Of a stretch of DNA of 63,154 bases, positions 36,797 through 47,584 are shown one piece after another. The number at the start of each line of letters is the position of its first letter. The first letter of the stretch is position 1. The notes under the pieces were generated by a model, which was not told where the DNA came from, did no database searches, and was given only the letters and a program-made list of their open reading frames with translations. The translations under genes were made by a program, and so were the position numbers. Location: NCBI GenBank assembly GCA_021432655.1, contig MU271247.1, forward strand, positions 62,001 through 125,154, written 5' to 3'. The stretch is from Atractiella rhizophila (Eukaryota).

Positions 36797-38792
36797 ATTA
36801 CAGGTAGATGAGTTATCGATCTCTTCCTCGATGGCCCACAACCAAAGCCTTTTTGAAACATCGCGATCAAGTTATGCATCATGGGAAAAAAGATTCTTGA
36901 TCGTTGTTAGGAGAATCACAACCGGCACACAGCCAATACTTGGATACGATGTAAAAGAAAAACTCAATTGACCAGTTAGTGGTTGGAGAGGAGGGCTACA
37001 GTTCGAGCGAGCTGACAAAAAAGCAACACAACAGAGAAGTGGCAGTATGAGCGTGTAACACGATGTTTATTTGTCCAAAAGATTGCTCACAAACCCAGCT
37101 GACCGATACGAAGCGATTCGTGCGCAAGACATCGCAAGTGACAAAAAAAAATTCATGCTAAAAAGCGCAGTATTCAATATGGGTGTACTGTTAACCCCTT
37201 GATCAGAAGGAAAAGGGAATACCGTGCTCAAGGAAGGCAAGATGCAACGCTTCGTTCTACCCCCTACCAGCCACAAAAACTCACCTTCGAAACTCCGGAG
37301 GTCAATTTCCTACTGATACCATTGACACCCTCTACCTCATTCTCAACATTCTGGGCCGCTGTTCGCCTGGTCAGTATACGCCTTCCGGGTTCCTATTGTC
37401 CATCCGCCACAACCGCATCAACAATTTCCTTCGAACCAGACGGGAAAAGGGTAAGAATATCTCACAGCCATAGATATATCCTTAAATGAACGAACTGAAT
37501 CCCGAACGATAAAGATATCGAGGTCGTGGAGGTACGTGAACTGATGTGGTGGGGGTTTTCTGATCGGTTTTTTGAGGAAAAAAATAGACAAGAACGAATC
37601 TTTTGAAGGGGCGAGAGCAAGGAGACAATAGTCACCGAGATGTGTGGGGGTTCGCAAGGAAGAACGTAAGAGGTGATGGTGGAAAGGGACCTGCTTGTCA
37701 CAAACGTCCCAACCTTATTTATACTTCGCCTCGCACGTGACGACAACAACTTTCTGAAGGTTAACTTCCGTATGTGACGCGTTGGACAACCGTTTCTCCT
37801 TTTTTGCTTTTTATGCCATTGCAAACACTTTTGTTATATATTCTTCCCATGCTCTGTTCCTTGTTGAGTGTCTTAACATGGACTCGATTTTATCATAACT
37901 GCTTCCAGGTGTTGGCATCCAAGACTGGTGATAACAAGGCTTCTCGCTCTTTTCCAAATTTCCAGCCCTCCATTTATAAACGGCTCTGTTCAGCAGCTAA
38001 CCATGTATACATATCAAGTAGCGACATATGGGAGGTGACTTGCACGCGTCTGTTCAGTGTTCAGCTGTGCAAAGGTCTTGGGTGTGTTGAACGCGAAGAA
38101 GGAACCACTCTTCGCGCTCCTACCCTCCACTCGCTAAATCGGGGTTCTATGTGCACTATTGCAGAATTAAAGACTTTCTTCCGGGTGAGGAGATTGGGAA
38201 ATGGCAGTCTTTGGTTTCGTTCTACCCCTCTGTCCCTTGGCTGCTTTTACGGACGTGCAGTTACTTTTCTCACGAGCTTTCCTCCATCGCAAGTGTATCC
38301 TTACTGGACACCTCATTTAGATAGGTGTCTATTCTCTAACGAAGTTCTTTGATGTTTCCTAAGATTCGCACACATTATTCAAGGTCCCAAGACCTCACTT
38401 CATTTGCTCGCTAATGTCTGGCGAGTCAGGCAATGAATCATCTGGCTCCTACATGTCAGCAGGGTCAAGAGTACCTGCAGAGGTTTACGTCTGTGTTCTG
38501 TGGAGCACCCGCCGTGACTTTTGAGACAAGCATAAATTTGCAAGCTTGCCTTTATTTTACGGAGCAGATATCACTCCTTCACGACGGATTTGGATGAGAA
38601 ACGCCACAATCCGAGGATGGTTCTCCCACTTGGGTTGCAAAACGATCGCCCTAAGGATGCTGAAATTGTTTATAACATTAGATAGTGCGTTGTGACTGTT
38701 ATTATATCAACATGGTATGTATTCTTCTAGAAAATACTTACAATGGTAGAGAACCTAGTAGAGGCGCTTGACATGAACCATCTAAACAAGAT

Positions 38793-39176
38793 TCAAGTGC
38801 CCAACAACACTTCCACCCTATCCACAGATCTTTCCGTTCCATCCGGCACAGTATCGTCGGCGACGGACGAGATGACCACAGGATCAACTTGGTAACGCTT
38901 CTTGAAAAGCCTCATGCCTGAGGACGAGAGACCTTCGTGATACTTTTCCGAATGGAGTGAGCGAGGTAGAGGAAGACCACCCGGCGTAGCGTCGTCGAAG
39001 AGCTCGACCTCGATGGAGCCTCCTTCTATCACTGTGCTGACCCTAGGAAGTTCGACTTCGACTTCGGCAGCGATAACTGTTTCGCATCAAACATCCATTT
39101 GAGCTGCCGGCTAGGGAGAATCAGAAGACCAACCAATAGTTAAAAGAGCGGCAAAGGGTAAGTACTTAAAAATCAT
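38793..39176 (-). CDS. Small secreted protein (about 109 aa) with an internal KKR site
   Basis: MIFKYLPFAALLTI|VIAA signal peptide across one GT-AG intron (about 39079-39133), joining ORF 38793-39032 in frame. Confidence 0.7.
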
Positions 39177-39712
39177 ATCTTCTCGAGGATCAATTAAGAA
39201 ACGGCGAACTGACTCTGATTGTGAGCTGCTTAAAGCCAGATTGAAGAACGGGCATGTTTTATATCGCAAACGCTTTTATGTACCTAAATTATCGGCTCAC
39301 CTTGGCGAAGGAGTTTTCAACCCGAAGTGGAAGTCAGGAACAATTTGTATGCAGCATGGCCGGAGGGAGCTGGCTTCCAAGCGATGGAGGAAATGTTGTC
39401 ACACTGAAAGCAACATCATTTGGTTGACACGCTCCCCTCCAAGAAATGGTAAAGTTAGCTGGCTGAGAGGGATGTGGCACAAATAGGATGGTTAATGAAA
39501 GGTTTATTCACACTCTCCGATTATGGACATCGATCAAGCATTCAAACAAGGCAATCAGGACACATCATCGAGATTGCAAACAAACAAATCAGCCTCAGAA
39601 GGCCAGTAGGTATGCAGCTGCATACTGAATTAACTGCGATAACAAAGCGGACAAAAGAAAGACGAAAGCACCACTACTTCATTCGTTATGCGATCGTTAA
39701 ATGCTCCGCCAT

Positions 39713-40756
39713 TTAGACCACGGTGTTGATGATGTCGGAGAGGAATCCAAGTCCGAGACCGTTGAGGAGACCCTCGACGGGGGAGAGGAGGGCGTCAACG
39801 ATGGCGAGGACAGGGGCGGCAACAGCTCCGACAGCGGAGTAGATCTATCCATCAAGTTCCAAATGTTAATTTCTTTCCGTAGTATACCTGGAATAGTAAG
39901 AGAAAGGACATACGTCGGCGAGGTCGGTCTTAACCTGACTGACAACATTGTCCAAAGGAGCCTGGACAGTGTCAACGTCGAGACCGGAAATGAGGCTCAT
40001 GACGCCAGAGAGTTGGGTGGTGACGGTGGAGAGAGCGACCGCGACTTTCTCCTGTTAACGGTATCAGAGGGTCACGAGGAATGAGCGGACGACTACTAAC
40101 AGGAGTAGGAGCGACGCCTTCAACAGTGTCAACAGCTCCACTGGCGAGGCCTTTGACGGTGGCTACATTAGCGTTAATAATCAGCACTCTCCCACAAAAG
40201 ACGAAGATATGCAAAATACTCACTGACAGCACCACTGACAACACCACTAACCTTCTGGAGCTCTCCTTGCAACTTGCTCACAACAGTGGCAACATCCCCA
40301 GTGGCGGCACCAGTAGCAATATCTTGGATATCTCCAACGAGTCCTTTAACGTTTTGGACGATGGGAGCAACATCTCCCTGAACGGAGACGATGACGCTAT
40401 CAAGAGAGAAGAGGATAGCAGGAGCGACTTGAGCGCCGATAGCAGAGACGTCGACTCCAAGTGCGAGACCGTGCCTCTTCTCAGAAGAGATGCGCTTCAT
40501 TCCCTTGTGGGAGCGTCTGTTGTGGAGTTGAGGAGCAACGACAGCCGCTGAGACATCAGTATCGAGAGCGCCAACGGAAACGAAACCGCCATTGGTGCCA
40601 ATGACGCCAGCGCCGACGTGGGCGACTCCGAGGTCAGCCTCAATAGCGAAGGCTGTTAGAATCAGACCCTGTCATGAGTAGGGTTCGCGCTGATGGAGAG
40701 GAAGCGAGCGCACCAGATGCAGCGAGAGCAGCGATAGCGAGAGTCTTGAACGACAT
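39713..40756 (-). CDS. Secreted Val/Ala/Gly-rich amphipathic protein (SC15/repellent-like), multi-exon
   Basis: MSFKTLAIAALAAS signal peptide, basic linker NRRSHKGMKRISSEKR, amphipathic helical repeats, last exon IYSAVGAVAAPVLAIVDALLSPVEGLLNGLGLGFLSDIINTVV*. C-ending codon bias and an upstream TATAAAAAG at about 40874-40882. Confidence 0.8.
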
Positions 40757-42494
40757 GACTGATAGATTAAGTATAATACGAAGAGTTCTTAAAAGAGTGG
40801 GCGTTGTATCAAAGAAGGTAGATATGCAAGTAAGAGTGTTGCTTGCTTGGAGAACTTGCTCTTGGAGAGCAGCCCTTTTATACCCCTGCTCGGGGATGCG
40901 TGAGTGATAATAGCAGAGGTAAGGCTAAGGCTGAGCCTAGTGCGGCGGTCTAGAACGATTGCTCATGCGTTTGAGCCATCGGGGAAGTGGACTGAGGATC
41001 TTCTGAAGATCAACCTCTGGTCCTTCGGTCATCAAATCAGTCCTTCTCCACCGCTCTATCAAGAGCATAATTCGCTTTGAGATGATAAACAAGCTCGGAA
41101 TACTCCGTCCTGCGTTAGAAAGGTAGAACGAGGCGGAACTCTCTGAATATCCATCTAATCTCTCTCCTAATCCCTCCCTAGAAAAGAGACAGAGAAAATG
41201 GCTCTCAAGTCTAGAGCGAGGGACTGAAGGAAAACGCCCGGAAGGAAAAACCAACCCGGAAAAACCCAAACAAAGAAAAAAAAAACCAACCTTGAACCAA
41301 ATGGGCAACAAACAAACCAAAAAAAAAACCCAAAAATTGTGATGAACAAAAGGATGTCCGAACACGTGAAAAATGATGAGATTGATATTCAGGAGGGAGC
41401 ACAGTTTTGCTGGTTAAAGGGCTCTCATTCTTCTAGAAGCAGTTTGATCTGCTGGCTTCAAACACTTCGTTCCTTTCGCGCTTTTCTCTCTGCCCTCAAG
41501 TTAACGTGCTCTGGAAGACAACTGAAGCCGATGTTCATGCTGAAAACACGTAGGAAATGCTGGACTGGGAGCCTGGTGGACATCTGGCATCGAGAGAGGT
41601 AATACCTAAGGGGGAAAGTTGAAATGCTAAGGGGGCAGATCTTCCCGTCCACTGCGATCGTGTCGATCCTTCGAACATCTTGAGTCGAAAGTTTTTCAGT
41701 TTCATCTGTGCGTTACCCGTGAAGGCCTTAGGATGCTCAACAGTATTGGGTGATTAGGCGGCTAAAATTTGGTGTCCTTTTGGTCAAGGTGCGCAAGTTG
41801 CTCGTCAGCACACAAGTTGGGTCCAGGTTCTTTCGAATATGAGATTTGCCTGTTCAGAGCAGTAGAGTAATCCACCGATCATTTGATTGGCCAGTCTACT
41901 GTTTGCGTAGAAGCTGGACCCAAAATCAGCTCCAGCTCTCGCTTCAAGCTCGTTCGTTACCTTCGACAGCGACCAAATTTGGCTTGTTGACCAATTTTGA
42001 GTCCTTTTCTCTGATGAACGGGTCGGTGTTGGAAATCAGTTCTAATTCTCGCGTCCATCAAAGGGATCATCGAACGCGGGTGCGGGAGTTTGAGAAGTAC
42101 GGGGATCAGCTTCTGCTCAACATAATTAGAGCTAACCTGGATATCATGCCACAACTTTCATATTCTGAGTTGTTTCACCCTCTTCCTCTTGTTAATGAGG
42201 CGGAAGATATTATTTGCCCTGTCAGTCAGCTCATTCGCTCGTTAGTCAGCGCTGGTGAGCCTTCGGTGTTACTTTCAGCATATTCTGAACAGATCAGAAA
42301 TCACAACACCTTTGTTAAATGTTCAATTATGCTTCAGTAGGGATCGTTTACTCCATACCAATTCAGTATTTCTGCTTGGCAATTGTGAACATGTGGAATA
42401 ATACCTTCAGTATTCACGTCTGCCGTATCCGAGATAATCCTCAAAAGTCCGCGACCTGAGAACTGCGCAAATGCTGATTCCTCTGCTGGCCAGG

Positions 42495-43944
42495 ATGAGT
42501 GGAGATGAGACTCAGAAAGCAACATTAGGCCCCACTCTCCTCACCCTCCCCTACGATGTCCTCCACCTCATCTTCACTCTCCTCCGTTTCCCTAGACGGT
42601 TGTCAACGAACGATCTCAACTTCGTTGATCCCAATCGACCGGATTACGAGCCTCCTTCCGTGTACCTGGTACGCACCATCTCTCTCTTCGAGCACGCTCG
42701 AGTAAGGCTTATTCGGATAACACCAGTCTTCCCTACGAGTACACCGCAATTTACACCCAGTCGCCTATCCCGTCTTTCTGTCCCACGTTCAGATCTTCGG
42801 TGAAGTCAAAGCTCAGAAATTCCTACAATATATCTCCTCCTCCTCTTCTCCTTCTGAGATGTTACGAGGCGAAATGGTACAGAACCTTCTCATCTCTCTC
42901 GACGAACGGATACACCGACAAGGCCGGGATAGACCCATCTCGTCTACGACTTTCGAGCGCATTATCATGTTAACAACGAGATTGAGGAGCTTCACCATCG
43001 CCAACTTCTATACAGAGTTGAAAGGGGCACTAGGAAGTATAGCGGACTATGATGCTGCGATTACAAGGAGGAGTACGAAACATTGGGAGAGATTGGAAGA
43101 GTTTCGATTTTACGGGACGCGGCAGTTTGTTAGGACTGTCTATCCACTGGCGATACCGTTATTTCAAAATTGGGCGTTTGATTCGACACTAAGAGGGAGC
43201 GAAGAGGCTGTTGATGACGGAGAGAACGAAGGGGGAAAGAAGGACCTGCTGCCGAAATCGAAATCGGCACTGAAGAAGCTTGCAATATCGGTCCGCGATT
43301 GGACATTCAGCCCTTCTCTGGTACCGACATTCCAACTCACCTCATGCTCCTTTTCCAACATCTACATCTCAGACTCTCAACTCGCGGCGTTACTCTCTTC
43401 CTCAATTCTCTCTCTTTCCTCCTTGACGTTAGAAGAGCTTCGCTGCCGGCCTTCGTCCGAAAGCTTCGCACTACACCAGTCCCTCTCTTCACTCCCCCAC
43501 GTCCTCCAGCGATTTATCAACCTGAGAACTCTCAAGTTGAAAACAACCCTCTCCGATCATTCCAAAATGGCACATTCCGCTCCATTTAGGGAGATCTATC
43601 CTTATGTTTCCAAGCACACCACAATTCAACGACTCGATATCCTGGTCGATGATTTCAGAGAAGAAGTGATCCTAAACCTCCCTCCCACCCTCCAGGAACT
43701 GTTTTGCTGCTTTCCCTTCGGTTTGGGAGAGTTCTGGTTGCCGCTGGGGAGATTGTTGCAGGAGGGAAATCTCGGAACGCCACATCATAGTAGGTCGCTC
43801 ACAAATGGGAAAGGTAGTGCGAAGCAAAGGCTACAGCTCAAGGTCCTCAGACATCATTATCGACAACCGCCTAATGCCGAGGTCAGGGAAGAGTGTGATT
43901 TGAGAAATATAAAGATTGAGGAGGCCGACTGGTTTGATATCTAA
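42495..43944 (+). CDS. F-box / LRR-like protein
   Basis: LLTLPYDVLHLIFTLL F-box-like start, one probable intron near 42669-42727, and LxxLxL repeats (LRSFTI, LKKLAI, LSSLTL, LRTLKL, LPPTLQELF). Confidence 0.75.
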
Positions 43945-44148
43945 TTGCAGTTGTTTTTGTGCTAAAAATACAGTTTTGTTTTCAGTTTTGTTTCGAACGC
44001 ACTTCATTATGCACTTCAATTTGATGCGTGCCCTTGGTTGATAATAATGTGTCATATTGTACAATGAATTTGTGGAGGACTGAAATGCAGCTTGCAATAC
44101 AACAAAATCACATCAGATCAGGTGGATACCATTGGAACTGGGACATTC

Positions 44149-45360
44149 CTATCGACGACGGCCTGTCCGAGTAGATCTCGCTTCCTTCCTCTCTGTCCAA
44201 TCAAACATTCCAGTCTCGTACCCCCATTCCGTCCTTGGAGTTGAGGCGATCGACGATCCTTCTCGCTTCCGCTTCTCCCTCTCCTTCAACATTCTCACCC
44301 TGTCCAACTCTTTACTTCTATTTACGCGCATCAGCTCAGGTCCCTTCTCCTTCTTCGGCTCTTCTTTCAGTTTTACCTCTTTTCCTTCCTCGTTCAATTG
44401 ATTCTTTTCCTCCCAGAACGCGTGCTTCTTCCTGTCTGCGAGGCGCTTGATATTTGGTGTAACTGGTTCGTAGAATTCTCGTGGAGTCTCCATACGACGA
44501 GAAGAGTAGCGGGAAAGAGATTCGTCGTGTTCTTGGTATTCTTTGATTGCTGAGCGTCGAGTAAGGTATGCGTTCATCAGTGCCATGGGGTCTTCAGCGG
44601 ATTTACGTTGGGTGTCTTTGTACCTATTGCCATCCAAAATATCAGATCAGACTGTGGCAGGCGTGTGGAAGGTGGAACGTACGCCTCTTCCAAACGCGTG
44701 TTGTCTGGCTTCGACCGCTCTTCAGATGATAGGAGGTCGGATGAGGAATACCACGGTGTCTTTGTGCTGTCCCCTGGACGTCCAAGATACATTGTGTGCT
44801 TCTCCTCCCACTCTTCCTTGGCCGAGCGCTCTTTCTCTTTGTTTGGTCCCTTCCCCAACAGAGAAGACGTCGTTGCCTTCAATCACTGTCTTTCAGCCCA
44901 TGGATCTAATACAAAGTGAGAGACGAAAAGACGTACCTCCGAACTAGCCCAAAAGTTCATATGCCCATCCTTATCATAAAGTCCACCCTCATCATTTCCT
45001 CCTTTTTCAAAGCTCACGATCCTTGCTTTCCCCTCTTCTTCTTTCTCAGGCTCTGGTTTCCCAGCCAACTGTCTTTCCAGCCTCCGTTCCGCCTCCCGCT
45101 CGTCCTGTTTGCGTTGGCCCTTCTCCTTCGATCTCTTCTCCTCCCGCAAGATGGATAATCGAGCCTCTGAGTCCGCTAGTGACCGTCGACCCTCTGAAAT
45201 CTCTTCTTGCAGGCGTGCCGCCTCCTCATCACGCCGCACCCGCTCAACATTTTCTCTCTTGTACGGGTGGTAGGACTTGTGGTGCAATATCTGGGGATGC
45301 CGTCAATAATTGCGTCCTGAAGGCGAGAGGAAGTGGTAACAAACATTCAGCTTCCCCTAT
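44149..45360 (-). CDS. Cir_N-domain protein, LENG1/Saf4-like splicing-associated factor (start codon interrupted in this assembly)
   Basis: (M)GKLN|ILHHKSYHPYKRENVERVRRDEEAA, GHMNFW, TPWY and DPMALMNAYL, with charged composition. Confidence 0.8.
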
Positions 45361-45835
45361 GCGATGATGGTGAGATTGTGCAGGCACCAGAACAGGCAGA
45401 GACGTACCATGTTGACTCCGACTGTGGATGAGGCCACAGGATACCTAAATTATTCAAAAGACCCTGGAAAGACGATGATAGACGGAGGTTGATAGATGTT
45501 TCTGTGGCGAGCCTGCTGGTGAATGCGGCCTGGAATAAGGTTCGGGCCTCAACCTGGTTCTTTAGAGCATGGCCTGGTTCCACACCCCAAAGCTTCAAAT
45601 GATGCAGGATGCAGAAGCACTTCAAGTTATTATAAAAATGGGCATTGCAATAATGAATATTGATAACGAACTAATAAAATAGCCGCCGTCTTACTAAAGT
45701 ATTGAAACATTTCGCCAAAACAACCGACACTATACAAAGGATATTGGCAGATGTATATTATCTCCTAAATCCAGGGATTGTAACATTTTTACAACTGAAA
45801 AATTAGCCACGTTCGCTACATCCTGTCTGGGAGGT

Positions 45836-46841
45836 TTACTTTTCCTCTCCTGCTCTCAGTTCCTTCCCCAGTTGAGGAATGCGCTGGTCAGTCAATCCTC
45901 TCCAGAAAGCCCAACCTAGGCACTCCTCCCATCCAATGCCCACCATATCCATCAACTTCATCATGGGGAGTTCCTTCGTTCCAGTCATATCTAAGGGCAT
46001 CAGGACTTTCAAAACAATGCCTTCTTCCTCCGCGATGTCGTCTCTGCAACCATCTTCGTCTCCCGCACTATGTCTCAAGCCATAGTACCGAAATATGGGT
46101 AGATCTCCCCCAGGTGGTCCAAGTTCACACTCCGCGAACTCAGAGTCCATCTCCCTCTTCTGTGCCGGAGTGGGAAACCGAAAACGAAGCAACCAGACAG
46201 AGATTCCCTTTCCTCCTTCTGCCTGGATAATTCTGGAAGCGTCAACGATCTTTTCCACCTTCTCGTGCTCAGCAGGAGTAAAAAGGGAAGCAGAGTTGCT
46301 CGGACTAGTTCTGGTGTTCGTGCCTTTTGGTAAAGAAATGAGAGTGACGTAGTCCAGCGCGTATCGCTTTTCGATAGGCGTTTGATTGTGCTCTTGCACG
46401 GTAGATGGAACTATGAATAGGTCGAGGAGGAAGTAGTGCGCGTGAACTTGGGGTTGATTGGCAGATGAGAACTGGAGGGCTCGCGAAGCTTGAACCTTGA
46501 GATTTCCCATGAATTTCTATTCCAAGGGACACTTTCAGTCAATAGAGCAAACTGGCACTGAAGCCAGAAAAGGATGGAAGTCTGCTCACATTTCTCCATT
46601 CCTCGATGTCGGGAAGTACAGTCGCCACCACTCCGCAAACCATTTTGTGAGACGGCCAATCGACAGATTGACATTCGCGACCCTGTTATCGTAAGTCAAA
46701 GTTAGAAACGATAAAGAGACGACAAACGCAATAAGCGACGTATGCCAGGCACCTACTGCATCGTTGCACTCCACCTTCCACTCCGCAGACGCGACAGGAA
46801 TTCGGAAGGAGAAGGATGGGTTTGAGAATTTCTTCGCTCAT
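45836..46841 (-). CDS. MYND-type zinc finger protein
   Basis: CRVCGVEGGVQRCSRC..Y|C....Q...W...HKMVC across short introns, followed by an uncharacterised C-terminal domain. Confidence 0.75.
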
Positions 46842-47584
46842 ATAGGTGTGTGGCAAAGAAAGCGCAGATGTTTTTGAGGATAGTGATGCTGGGTGAGGTG
46901 ACCGAGATTTATCAGGACTTTTATAATAAACATGGTTGAGAGAAACGGTGAGAAAACCTTGTTCCTTCAAGTTCCTTTATCTCAGGACTTCCCGCCTTGT
47001 TATCGTTGTCCAAAGGTCATCGATCGCGAAGAAGTGCATGCAAGGCTTGTCCAAGACGCAGGTATACAAAGTCGCGCTCGAACCTTCTGAGCCTGTGTCT
47101 GAGTCTGTATAGATAACGAAAATCATGGTTGTTTCATCCATTTCTCTACGGCCTCCAGTTGCTAAGTCAGCTTCGTTGTGTCTGGATGCGTTGTACCGTG
47201 ATGGCAGTCATTCGCGATTATGATTGATCGCGTCAGTCCACCTTATGGTCTTCGGTTTGAAAGCTTGAGAAAGGACATTTGTGGTATCATTTCGCGTTCG
47301 CCATCAAGTTGTCCAGGTTGACAACGGTGACGTAACGGTGGAAGTCGGAAAGGACAGCAAATTTGCAACCACAACAAAGAACTCGCTTCACGCGCCCATC
47401 GCGATCACACCTGCCTCACCTGTCTTGCCACCGCTCTGAAGTTGGTCCACTCTCTTTCTTATGGGACACACCTGTCGTCCTACAAACAGTTTCCACCCTT
47501 AGTACTTTTGAACTAAATGAAAGATTATCATTATAATGGTATGGGGGATATTGCTTGACATTGAGAAAGAGACAGTCCCATTTC

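Noticed and set aside
37199..38352. ORFs of 96-192 aa upstream of the cyclin gene
   Set aside because: Mostly non-ATG starts, with no motifs and no coherent splice model.
41220..41350. A/C-rich tract giving Phe-rich antisense ORFs
   Set aside because: Irregular homopolymer runs typical of low-quality read ends or low-complexity DNA. The ORFs are compositional artefacts.
41846..42340. 164-aa ORF upstream of the F-box gene
   Set aside because: No recognisable domain. Possibly a relic, but unsupported.
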